IMG/VR virus record: IMGVR_UViG_2687453124_000003
DNA length: 64,000 bases
Reading direction: 5' to 3' (one strand)
Source of the DNA: an uncultured virus (IMG/VR IMGVR_UViG_2687453124_000003)
Taxonomy: Duplodnaviria; Heunggongvirae; Uroviricota; Caudoviricetes
Within the stretch, counting starts at the first letter, position 1. Each line of letters starts with the position of its first letter. Position numbers and translations under genes: made by a program. Shown in pieces: positions 19,938-28,176 of the stretch. A model generated the notes under the pieces. It did no database searches. It saw nothing but the letters and a program-made list of their open reading frames with translations, and was not told the DNA's origin.

Positions 19938-19975
19938 AGAAGGCCCCGCTCACCGAAATGGTGGCGGGGCCTTCT
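19938..19975. terminator. Bidirectional hairpin terminator
   Basis: AGAAGGCCCCGC...GCGGGGCCTTCT between convergent genes. Confidence 0.8.
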
Positions 19976-19997
19976 GCTTTGACGAAACAAAATGACT

Positions 19998-20888
19998 TCA
20001 CGCGGCCGACAGCGGCACGCTCTGGGAGCCGTGTTCCCGAAGTGCTGCGTCCAGCCAGGCTGGCAGCTTCCGGCATGGGCCCAGGCGCATCACCGGCGCT
20101 CCGCCCATCCGCGTGGGCGGAATTGGGACCGTCACCTGGCCGGCGCTGACGATGCTGTCCCCGATCGCGAAGTTCAGTCCGGTAACCGGTGCGTATCCGA
20201 TGGCGGCGGGGCGCTGGTGATCAGCACCGGTGGCCGGTGTGGTGAACAGGTACACACCACCACCGGGCAGCCCGGGCACCAGTAGCGTTGGTGCGGTGTG
20301 AAGCTCGAAGCGGTCACCGCTTGTTTCGGCCGCCCACCTACGCCAATGCGCCAGCGCGGTCCCGTCGGGAACGGCGACGGCGACCATATGCGAAAACGGT
20401 ATGTAGATCCCGGCGCTTGGCGTAATCACTCCAGCATCAAGTAAGGCTGGCGCGCGCTGAGCTCCAACGATTTTGGTGATGTGCCGGTAGTAGGTGGTCA
20501 CACGTGCGTTGATCTGCTCGCAGGTTCTATCCACCTGGCCTTGGCCCGAGAGCTTGCCAGTGGACTCCTCCGGCATCGCAGCCTGCGAAGGGAACCGCTG
20601 AGTCAGTTCCGCCAGCACAGTGAGAGTTTTGTCATCAAGACCGTCGGGAACTACGACGTCCGGACCGAGCATGGTCACTGCACAACCCGCGGCTGCAAGC
20701 TTGCGCAGGTATCCCTTCCACACCACCTGCGGTGAACGCGCGTCGAGCCCGGCGCCGAGTAGCGCTGCGATCGGGTCAGATCCGAGCATCATTGCCTCCC
20801 TGCTGATTGGAGGGGACGTGTTCGATATAGCGCCGAAGTCCAGGCGTATCTTCGTCACCCCAGCTGATGACGAGTGCGTAGCTGCCAC
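19998..20888 (-). CDS. Degenerate bifunctional primase-polymerase (Prim-Pol) N-domain-like protein
   Basis: AGIY...MVAVAVPD, PTLLVPG.PGGGVYLF, VPIPPT match the Prim-Pol motif order, but catalytic DxD and His are missing. Confidence 0.5.
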   Translation of the reverse strand: MAATHSSSAGVTKIRLDFGAISNTSPPISREAMMLGSDPIAALLGAGLDARSPQVVWKGYLRKLAAAGCAVTMLGPDVVVPDGLDDKTLTVLAELTQRFPSQAAMPEESTGKLSGQGQVDRTCEQINARVTTYYRHITKIVGAQRAPALLDAGVITPSAGIYIPFSHMVAVAVPDGTALAHWRRWAAETSGDRFELHTAPTLLVPGLPGGGVYLFTTPATGADHQRPAAIGYAPVTGLNFAIGDSIVSAGQVTVPIPPTRMGGAPVMRLGPCRKLPAWLDAALREHGSQSVPLSAA

Positions 20889-21182
20889 TCATGACCTCTC
20901 CTCTATCCACTGCTCGTGATGCGTCGTGTCGCTGACAGTGCGCTCTCGGTTCCTGGCCGCGGCCCGTACCCCCATACGCACGTAGTCGGACTCGTTGAGC
21001 GCAATGGGGGCGGTGTTGATACCAAAGAAGTTTGTGCCTACCAAGGCACCATGCGCGACGTGGTTGGTGGCCAACTCCGCCAGCGTCGGCAGGGTGGCGG
21101 GGGAAGCATCATGGTGTCCTCCGCGTTCGAGTGCCCCGTGCAGCCGCGCGTACGAATTCTCTTTACTCACACGTACTCCCAT
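20889..21182 (-). pseudogene. PPE-domain fragment
   Basis: [40 protein letters not shown] is the PPE core signature; N-terminal PPE half absent. Confidence 0.7.
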
Positions 21183-23962
21183 CGGCTGCCCATCTCATTG
21201 ACGTCAACGGCCAAGAACGCCTCGATACCGTGGTACTGCGCCACCGCTTCAAGGAACGGGGGCGGCGTGGCCATGACTTCCGCCAACTCCTCGGCGATCT
21301 CCTTGTCCGCCACGATCTCGTCGTGCATCCATAGGTGGACGTGATCAGATAGCCCGCGGCGATCCAATTCGAGAATCGCGTAGTGCATGATGTCCAGCGC
21401 CGAGCCTTGGCAGAAGTGATTGGGCGCAATGCGTTGTGCCACATCGCTCACCAGACGTCCGCCCTCGTAGAAGCTGAACTTCTGATCGACCACCCTGCCA
21501 GTAAGCGTGGTCACGTGCCCGAATCGTTGCGACTGCGCCTTGAGTGCGTCGATCAGCTTGTACAGAATCGGCAGCGATCCGCGAATCGTGTTCTGAACGA
21601 ACCGAGCTTGATCCAGTGACCAACCATATTGCAGCGAAGCGGCTTTGAGCCCCTGCCCGTACATGTCCGCAAGCATCTTTCGCTTGGCAAGCTTGCGGTC
21701 AATACCGGCTGCTTGCCCCACCGGCTCGTACGGATCCATGCCGGCGCACATGTCGGCGATGAACTGCCTGTCTCCGGCCGCAGTCGCCAGCACCACGGGT
21801 TCGATCGATTTCCAGTCCGCCGAAATCCAGCCCTCGGCACCCGAATCAGCGACGATGACTCCACGTGCCCGTTTGGGAAACTGTTGAATTTCCGGCTTGC
21901 TCGCACTGTTGCCCGTCAGGTACGGGCCATGTTCGCCCCATGCGGTGAATGTGCCCGAATCAGTTGTCACACACCACACATCGCCTTCTCCGGCATCACT
22001 CACAACCATGTTGGCCAGGCTGGAGCGCCCTCGATGTAGCACGACGGCGGCCCCTGCGGGTGCGTCAAAGATCAGGGATCGCAGACCGAGACGATATCCC
22101 GCCAGCGCGAAAGCCTCCGCGTAGCGCCTATTGGGTGTGGGCAGCACGGTGACACCAGCGTGACTGGCGTTTGTGGCGTAGTGGCTCGCACCCTCGAGCA
22201 TGTTCCAAAGCTCATCGAGAGACTTGTCGCACACCGAGTGCAGCGCGGTGTCTCGTGGCGCATGCTCGGGTACCCAGCAGGTTTCACCTTCGGTCTGCCA
22301 GCGCTCACGCAGGCTAGTCACCGTCGCGCGCCGCGTCTCGGCTGGACCGCACAGAGCATCGGACAACTCGCCGGTGCGTTGTCGCGCAAGCTGAACAGTG
22401 ACACGCCCGATGGTGTACGCGGCGTGCTGCGGAGCGGTCATGGAGTTCCCGCCTCCGCAGACCCCGGGAGTAATAGGCGGCGTGAGCCGTAGGTGGTCGG
22501 ATTGCCGCGCACGGTCAAGAGGCTGAACCTTGCGCTTACCGGCCGTGTTCTCGGTAACCCAGCGGTGCTCGGATGTACAAATCAGTTCGATTCCATCATC
22601 GAGTGTGTAACGGCGAAGCGGCGCATCGCTGTATCGGTGCACCGCCCGCACCGTCGTCCAGCGCCCGTCTGCATCCAGGGTGCGATCGCCGGTCCGGATC
22701 TGGTTCACAGACACGATGCCCCGGCGGGTCAGCAGCCGCTGATTCTCGGGCAGGCACATGCGGCCGGTGGCGCTGGCGCCCAAGATCTTGATTTCTGGAT
22801 GTAGACGCCCTGTGGGGCCTGCATTTTCGACCACCTTCTCGACATAGCCGCGGTCCTTCTCGTTGTCGAAAACAGCACGGTGCGCCATCACCAGCGGGTT
22901 CTTCAGCGCGTCACTGATGTGCTCACCGGTGAAGACCTCCAAGGCCTTCTTATCGGCTTTCAGGCGGCCTGTGTCGGTACGCGGCCATTGCTGGTGCAGC
23001 AGACCGCGGGCATCGAGGGTGTTGACCAGGTCAGCGGCATTGCCCGGGCGGATTCCCGCCTCAGCGAGAGTCGTTGCGGCAGCCCGCGTCTGCTCAGCAG
23101 TCTCTTCAAGGAAACGCTGGGGGAACTCTTTGTCGACCGCGTATCCGCGTGCCGTCCGCTCCAGCACTATCGCGTTGACGCGCTGGATGTCCTCGACGAG
23201 TGCTTCAGCGTCAGTGGCTGTGAGAACACCATGGCCGCCGAAACCCGCTGACGGGGCCGTCAGGTAGCGAGCGGCCTTGGCCATGATGCCGTGTCCGTTA
23301 ACGCCGGGGACACCCCAAAGGCGCTTTGTCGCGACGGTGTCGGACAACGCACCCACTACATAGGTCGGAGTGTCGATATCAGTTCCCCGCCAACCGTCGT
23401 CCTTCTTAAGTCCTCGAGCGGAGAACACTTCGGTCATCGACGTGCGATCGTCGTCCATCACGCGGAACACGTTCGCGAGGTCTTCGAGTGTGCGGCCGGC
23501 CTTGGCATTGGTCCCCACCATCCGCGCGGCGACCAGCGTGTCGCCGAGCTTGCGAATATGCGCCTTCGTCATGAGCCTGTGGGCGTACAGCGGAGCGATG
23601 TCGAAGCTGGCGCCGTGGAAGACCAGGCGGTCCGCGTGGTCGAAGACCCGCGCCAGCATCCCGCGGTGTTCAGCACGGCGCAGAGGATCGAACAACAGCG
23701 CCACCATGTCTTGACCGAGTTCGAAGGCCACGGTGACACACGTGATGGTGAACTTGTTGACGTCAAGACCATGGGTCTCGATATCGACGGCCACCGCGGC
23801 TGGCGGCGCCGACCGAAGCTCGTCGATCCACCTCGCCATCTGTTTGTCAGCGGTAACTAGATGCGCCCCGACCGTGTGGTCATAGAACTGGAACTCGACC
23901 GCGTTGACACGCGGCAGATCGACCACTGGCACGTTGGGCTCATCGGACACGTGGCCAGTCAA
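21167..23962 (-). CDS. polA: Family A DNA polymerase (3'-5' exonuclease + polymerase, no 5'-3' exonuclease) containing an intein
   Basis: Exo DIETHG and HGASFD; TGRM|S, motif A ADWKSIE, motif B RKLAK..MYG, motif C MHDEI. Confidence 0.9.
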   Translation of the reverse strand: MTGHVSDEPNVPVVDLPRVNAVEFQFYDHTVGAHLVTADKQMARWIDELRSAPPAAVAVDIETHGLDVNKFTITCVTVAFELGQDMVALLFDPLRRAEHRGMLARVFDHADRLVFHGASFDIAPLYAHRLMTKAHIRKLGDTLVAARMVGTNAKAGRTLEDLANVFRVMDDDRTSMTEVFSARGLKKDDGWRGTDIDTPTYVVGALSDTVATKRLWGVPGVNGHGIMAKAARYLTAPSAGFGGHGVLTATDAEALVEDIQRVNAIVLERTARGYAVDKEFPQRFLEETAEQTRAAATTLAEAGIRPGNAADLVNTLDARGLLHQQWPRTDTGRLKADKKALEVFTGEHISDALKNPLVMAHRAVFDNEKDRGYVEKVVENAGPTGRLHPEIKILGASATGRMCLPENQRLLTRRGIVSVNQIRTGDRTLDADGRWTTVRAVHRYSDAPLRRYTLDDGIELICTSEHRWVTENTAGKRKVQPLDRARQSDHLRLTPPITPGVCGGGNSMTAPQHAAYTIGRVTVQLARQRTGELSDALCGPAETRRATVTSLRERWQTEGETCWVPEHAPRDTALHSVCDKSLDELWNMLEGASHYATNASHAGVTVLPTPNRRYAEAFALAGYRLGLRSLIFDAPAGAAVVLHRGRSSLANMVVSDAGEGDVWCVTTDSGTFTAWGEHGPYLTGNSASKPEIQQFPKRARGVIVADSGAEGWISADWKSIEPVVLATAAGDRQFIADMCAGMDPYEPVGQAAGIDRKLAKRKMLADMYGQGLKAASLQYGWSLDQARFVQNTIRGSLPILYKLIDALKAQSQRFGHVTTLTGRVVDQKFSFYEGGRLVSDVAQRIAPNHFCQGSALDIMHYAILELDRRGLSDHVHLWMHDEIVADKEIAEELAEVMATPPPFLEAVAQYHGIEAFLAVDVNEMGSRWEYV
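21908..22756 (-). mobile_element. Intein (283 aa) in the polymerase TGR-x-S motif
   Basis: Begins [10 protein letters not shown], block B TSEHRW, block F DVWCVTT, ends LTGN followed by Ser; central region looks like a decayed LAGLIDADG. Confidence 0.85.
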
Positions 23963-24181
23963 GCATCCGATGCCGACATCATTGCCATCTAGTTGCCGAC
24001 ACGCCGATAGGTGGCATCGAAATAGGCATATTGCCCATTCGCCTGATCTCTACATCGAAATATCGCCACTGCTGATCTCGCCGACACCAGCTCCGCTCGC
24101 CACTGCTGCACATTTCCGTCTCTGCGATGTGCACACTTTTTCGTGGTGCGAATCGTTTCGGTGTGCACGGTTTCTCGCCGC

Positions 24182-24514
24182 GTTGACCTGCGTAAATGGT
24201 CAACAAGGCGTGCACTTGTCGGCCTACCAGCGGTTTTACGGAGGTGCCTTGTAGGTGGGGGGTGCCTCGGCGCGGCTCTGGCTTCGTAAAATTGCCCACA
24301 CGGTAGGTCTATAAAGAAACCCCAGGTAGATATATGTAATTAGTTTAGCTAATTATTTGTTTTACCCGTTACGTGAGGCAAAGCCGGTCAGAACGCGTGT
24401 GTATATGTGCACGCCGAGGGGGTCTCCGAGGCACCCCCCACTTACAAGGCATCAACGCAAACATGCAGGTAGTCCAAGAAGTGCACGCCATGTTGACAGA
24501 AACCGCAGGTCAAC
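24182..24514. repeat. 89-bp imperfect inverted repeat (24182-24270 / 24426-24514) around an AT-rich core; candidate replication origin
   Basis: Gapless manual alignment of the arms gives 70/89 matches; spacer contains the AT-rich tract at about 24310-24365. Confidence 0.75.
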
Positions 24515-24984
24515 AAGGAAAGTTACACACCACGACGAACAGATTCACGCCAACCGCGGAGAGCCGGGGCTGGCGGGTGGGCTGTGAGTCGATGCCGGGC
24601 AGCCAGACATAGCTGGAGGCCTGGTGCGAGTTTGACGGGAACCCGTCGACCAACCTGCCGAAACTTGCTTTCGCGCAATGCCCCGGGGACGTGACAGGCA
24701 ACAACCGGCAACTAGCCACGCGCCGCCCATTCACTCCCCACCGACTTCCCCGCACATTTCCCCAGGTTGAGAGCTGGATGGCGCCCACTTGTCAGACCCC
24801 AGGCGTACAACGACACGCAGAAACAGAACAGGTGTTGCGTAGGCATCATAACCGGCATTACGCTCACCGAGACGACGGCAATTGCCGGTGATGGAAACGT
24901 GGATGATTCGCAAATTCGATTCACCTCCTCCGGATGCCGGACATCCTCGTCACTCGGACCGACCACTTCGAGGAGACCGCACTC

Positions 24985-25434
24985 ATGACCGCTTCACCGC
25001 CGTTAGTACCCACGGCTCCGCCTTTACACGGGGTTGCCCCCGCGGGCCTACTCGCACCACAAGCGCCTGCCCCGACTGGTGCCACATCGGCTCTGTCGAC
25101 AGACGAAATCGTGGCGTTCATCGAGGCGTCGGCTGACCCCGCTGCCGAACTCGCACACCTGGTCCTGCAGGTGTCCATGCGGGCAGCCACGGCGACGCGA
25201 CAGGGCCAGATCCTGAGCTCCGTCAACAGCCGGTGCGCGAAGGCCTTGAAGGCGGTCCGCGTCGCGCTGCTCACCGCCGTGGCCAACACCCCTGGCGTCT
25301 ACGACGGATTCACGGTCACTCAGAAGGCAGGGGCGCGCTCGGTCAAGTACGACCTGTTCGAGGAGCGCTACCCCGATGTGTACGCCGAGCTGGTTTCCGT
25401 CGCCGCGCCAACGCTGAACCTCAGCTACACCTGA
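24985..25434 (+). CDS. Hypothetical protein, phage-like
   Basis: GAGGAG RBS before ATG 24985; first gene of a long plus-strand operon. Confidence 0.6.
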   Translation: MTASPPLVPTAPPLHGVAPAGLLAPQAPAPTGATSALSTDEIVAFIEASADPAAELAHLVLQVSMRAATATRQGQILSSVNSRCAKALKAVRVALLTAVANTPGVYDGFTVTQKAGARSVKYDLFEERYPDVYAELVSVAAPTLNLSYT

Positions 25435-25475
25435 GGCCCGTTTCCCCTCACCCACCACCCAAGGAGATATCCACC

Positions 25476-26615
25476 ATGTCTGCACCAGCAGCCGTTCCCG
25501 CACTCAGTGACATCACACACCCGCCCGCCGCCGCTGTCGCACCGCCTGTTGTCGCTCCGGTGGCCGCTCCCGTTGCGCCCGTTGCACCGCCGGCAGCTCC
25601 GGCCACACCAACGGTCAGCCCGGTTGCACCCGTTGCGCCGGTCGTACCCTTGAACACCGCGGCGCCGATTGTTCCGGCTCCCACAGCCGTTCTAGATGCC
25701 CCGGTTACTTCGTCTGAGCCGGTCCCCGTACCTGCGCCAGCCGCTCCCGCCGTCACTCCAGTGACCGTGGCTGCCGTCGAGCCGGCACCCTCGACTTCCC
25801 CGATCGCCGGAATCGCTCCGGTCACACCGCCTCCGGTCGCGCCATCTGTCACCCCTCCGGTGGCCCCGATCTCTGCACCAGCTGCGGCTGCTCAACCGGC
25901 ACAGACCGCAGAACCCGCCCCGGCGCCTGAACCGGTCTATGCCCAGGGCACGGTCGTTGGCGCCGTTGATGTAGCACCAGTGGTTGCACCGGTTGTCGCA
26001 GCACCGAGTGTCGAATCGGTAGCTGCGCAAGCTGTCTCGGTGCCGGTGTCGGACAGCGTGCGGGCATTCGCAGCCCGGCACAACATCGACCTATCGACCG
26101 TGACAGGAACCGGCAGTCGCGGGCGTATCACCCGCAAGGATCTCGAAGCGATCGTCGCAGCAGCTGCGGCACTTAGCTCCGAGGCCCCTGCCGCAGAGCC
26201 CGAAGTCGCCGCAGCGCCGGTAGCCGAGCCTGTTGCGCCTCCGGTGGTTCCTGCGCCCTCCCCCGCCTCGGTGGCGCCGGTTATCGTTGAGCCCACCACC
26301 ACACCGGTGGAACCGGTTCCCGCACCTGCTTTCTCGGCGCCGATCGTCGCCGCCCCGAGCGCCACAGAGGAGCCCGCACCGGCAGCACCCGTTGACTCAT
26401 CCCCGTCCCAGGTGGTCAGTGGCGGACTCAATCTGCGCGTGCCGATCGACCTGAGTGCCGGGAACAAATTCGCGTTCGATGCCGGAACCGACTTGGTAGC
26501 GCTTGCTCGCGATGTCCTGCCCGCTCTGAACGTGCTGTCGGCGTTCGTCGAGCTCACCGTCGAAGGTCCTGCACTTGTGGTCACCGTGGCCGCGACGACG
26601 GCGGTCAGCTTGTGA
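25476..26615 (+). CDS. Pro/Ala-rich protein with an E3-binding (PSBD) domain
   Basis: AAGGAG RBS; SDSVRAFAARHNIDLSTVTGTGSRGRITRKDL is the PSBD consensus. Confidence 0.75.
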   Translation: MSAPAAVPALSDITHPPAAAVAPPVVAPVAAPVAPVAPPAAPATPTVSPVAPVAPVVPLNTAAPIVPAPTAVLDAPVTSSEPVPVPAPAAPAVTPVTVAAVEPAPSTSPIAGIAPVTPPPVAPSVTPPVAPISAPAAAAQPAQTAEPAPAPEPVYAQGTVVGAVDVAPVVAPVVAAPSVESVAAQAVSVPVSDSVRAFAARHNIDLSTVTGTGSRGRITRKDLEAIVAAAAALSSEAPAAEPEVAAAPVAEPVAPPVVPAPSPASVAPVIVEPTTTPVEPVPAPAFSAPIVAAPSATEEPAPAAPVDSSPSQVVSGGLNLRVPIDLSAGNKFAFDAGTDLVALARDVLPALNVLSAFVELTVEGPALVVTVAATTAVSL

Positions 26616-27409
26616 CCGCTGTACCTTCAGACATCCTCGACAGCCGGGCACTGGGTGCGCAAGCACCCGGTGCGCAGCCGATCCTGTTGCCTCGCCCGGT
26701 ATCTGGCCGCAGCGATGGCCTGATCCCTGTACGTGTTGCTCCCCTGGTCTCGCACGATTCCGAAGAGTCGGGCGCTGCTGCTGAGAAAGTCACCGAGACT
26801 GTCATGGACATGCAGCTGATCGTGGATTACACGAACGCGTTGGCCAAGCGAACAGCCGCCAATATCCAGGCCGACAACATCACTGAACTCGCGCAAGCAC
26901 ACGAACACCCGCAGCAGGGTGCCGCGTGCCTGCGGTGCTCGATTCTTGGTTCCTCGCGCAACCTGACACTGGGAACCACGCTGCTGGAAATTCTCGCGCG
27001 CACCAATGCCGACGAAGAGTGGAACCACAGCCAGGAGTGCACGGACACCAAAATCATCTCGCGGCTGAAGCGATTGGTAGTCAGTGCTACATCCCTGAAA
27101 GACATCTACGGCCCCCACTGGGGTCCAGTGATGCTCACATGCCTGCGTATCGAGGCTGCTGATTTCGCACTGCTGCACCATCTCACGCAGAAATACCAAC
27201 ACAGCAAGGTGCTGACCGTGCACACGCGCGAAGCACTGGCGGCGTACCACCTCGCCATGGTGACTTGCCCATTCACGAGCACTGTGCGCGGTACGGCCAA
27301 TCCGATGCTTCGCAGCGCGGTAGCCGTGCGTCTGGCCACCGCAACCGCAATGGTCGCCGTCGGCAAGCCACCGGTCTGGCTTGATCACCTGCCTGCCCCG
27401 GTTCTGTGA
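26612..27409 (+). CDS. Hypothetical protein
   Basis: 265 aa, 4-bp overlaps on both sides. Confidence 0.6.
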   Translation: MTAVPSDILDSRALGAQAPGAQPILLPRPVSGRSDGLIPVRVAPLVSHDSEESGAAAEKVTETVMDMQLIVDYTNALAKRTAANIQADNITELAQAHEHPQQGAACLRCSILGSSRNLTLGTTLLEILARTNADEEWNHSQECTDTKIISRLKRLVVSATSLKDIYGPHWGPVMLTCLRIEAADFALLHHLTQKYQHSKVLTVHTREALAAYHLAMVTCPFTSTVRGTANPMLRSAVAVRLATATAMVAVGKPPVWLDHLPAPVL

Positions 27410-28176
27410 ACACTCACGCACAGCCGCTCGACACGGCGATACCGACCCCTGACGGATTCCGCCGGCTGGACGATCTCGTCCACGGCGACACGGTGTTTGG
27501 TTCCGATGGAACCCCGATACCGGTTCTTGCCGTCAACGACATCGGATCCGTTTCGATGGCGCGTCTGCATTTCGATGACGGCGCCAAGACCGACGTAGCC
27601 GCGGAAACTCTGTGGCAGGCTCGTGACGGCGCCACCGGCGCGATCGGCATCTATCGCACCGCTGATATCTGCGCCAATCTGGTGCTGCCGGGAGGTGCAC
27701 CGCGTTGGACGATCCCGACTGCGGCAGCCGTTGCGTTCCCGGAGGCCGCTGGTCTCCCGGTCGACCCCCTAACCTTCGGGTCCGAACTGCGCAGCGGCGA
27801 GGCTACTGACGCAGGCCTTCTTTGGCGGTACCTCACCGCGGACGTCTCACAGCGGCGCGAAACGCTCGCCGGTGTACTGGGCACGCGGTCCAGCATCGGA
27901 GCGTCGGCTCCCTCCATGGCGCTGGCCGCCGCCGGCTCTCTGATCCGTTCACTGGGCGGACTGCCCACATGGGTTCGGCACGGAGCCGGATACAGCCTCG
28001 TGCCGTTGTGGGGGCGCGACGATGAACTGCGCCGCGAAATCGTTTCGTTCGAGCAGGTTCCCGATCAGCCTTGCCGCGCAATCACGGTGGCCGCAGCTGA
28101 CGGGCTGTACGTCACTGGCGGTGACTTCGTTCTCACGCTCGGTGCCGCGATCGCCGAACAGCGAGGCGCTGCATGA
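27406..28176 (+). CDS. Stand-alone intein-like (Hint-domain) protein
   Basis: AQPLDTAIPTPDGFRRLDDL..GD.V.G.DG.P (block A) and CRAITVAAADGLYVTG.DFVLT (blocks F/G); no terminal HN. Confidence 0.75.
   Translation: MNTHAQPLDTAIPTPDGFRRLDDLVHGDTVFGSDGTPIPVLAVNDIGSVSMARLHFDDGAKTDVAAETLWQARDGATGAIGIYRTADICANLVLPGGAPRWTIPTAAAVAFPEAAGLPVDPLTFGSELRSGEATDAGLLWRYLTADVSQRRETLAGVLGTRSSIGASAPSMALAAAGSLIRSLGGLPTWVRHGAGYSLVPLWGRDDELRREIVSFEQVPDQPCRAITVAAADGLYVTGGDFVLTLGAAIAEQRGAA

Noticed and set aside
25476..26615. Dihydrolipoamide acyltransferase (E2) call
   Set aside because: Only the PSBD is present; no lipoyl domain and no DHRxxDG catalytic domain
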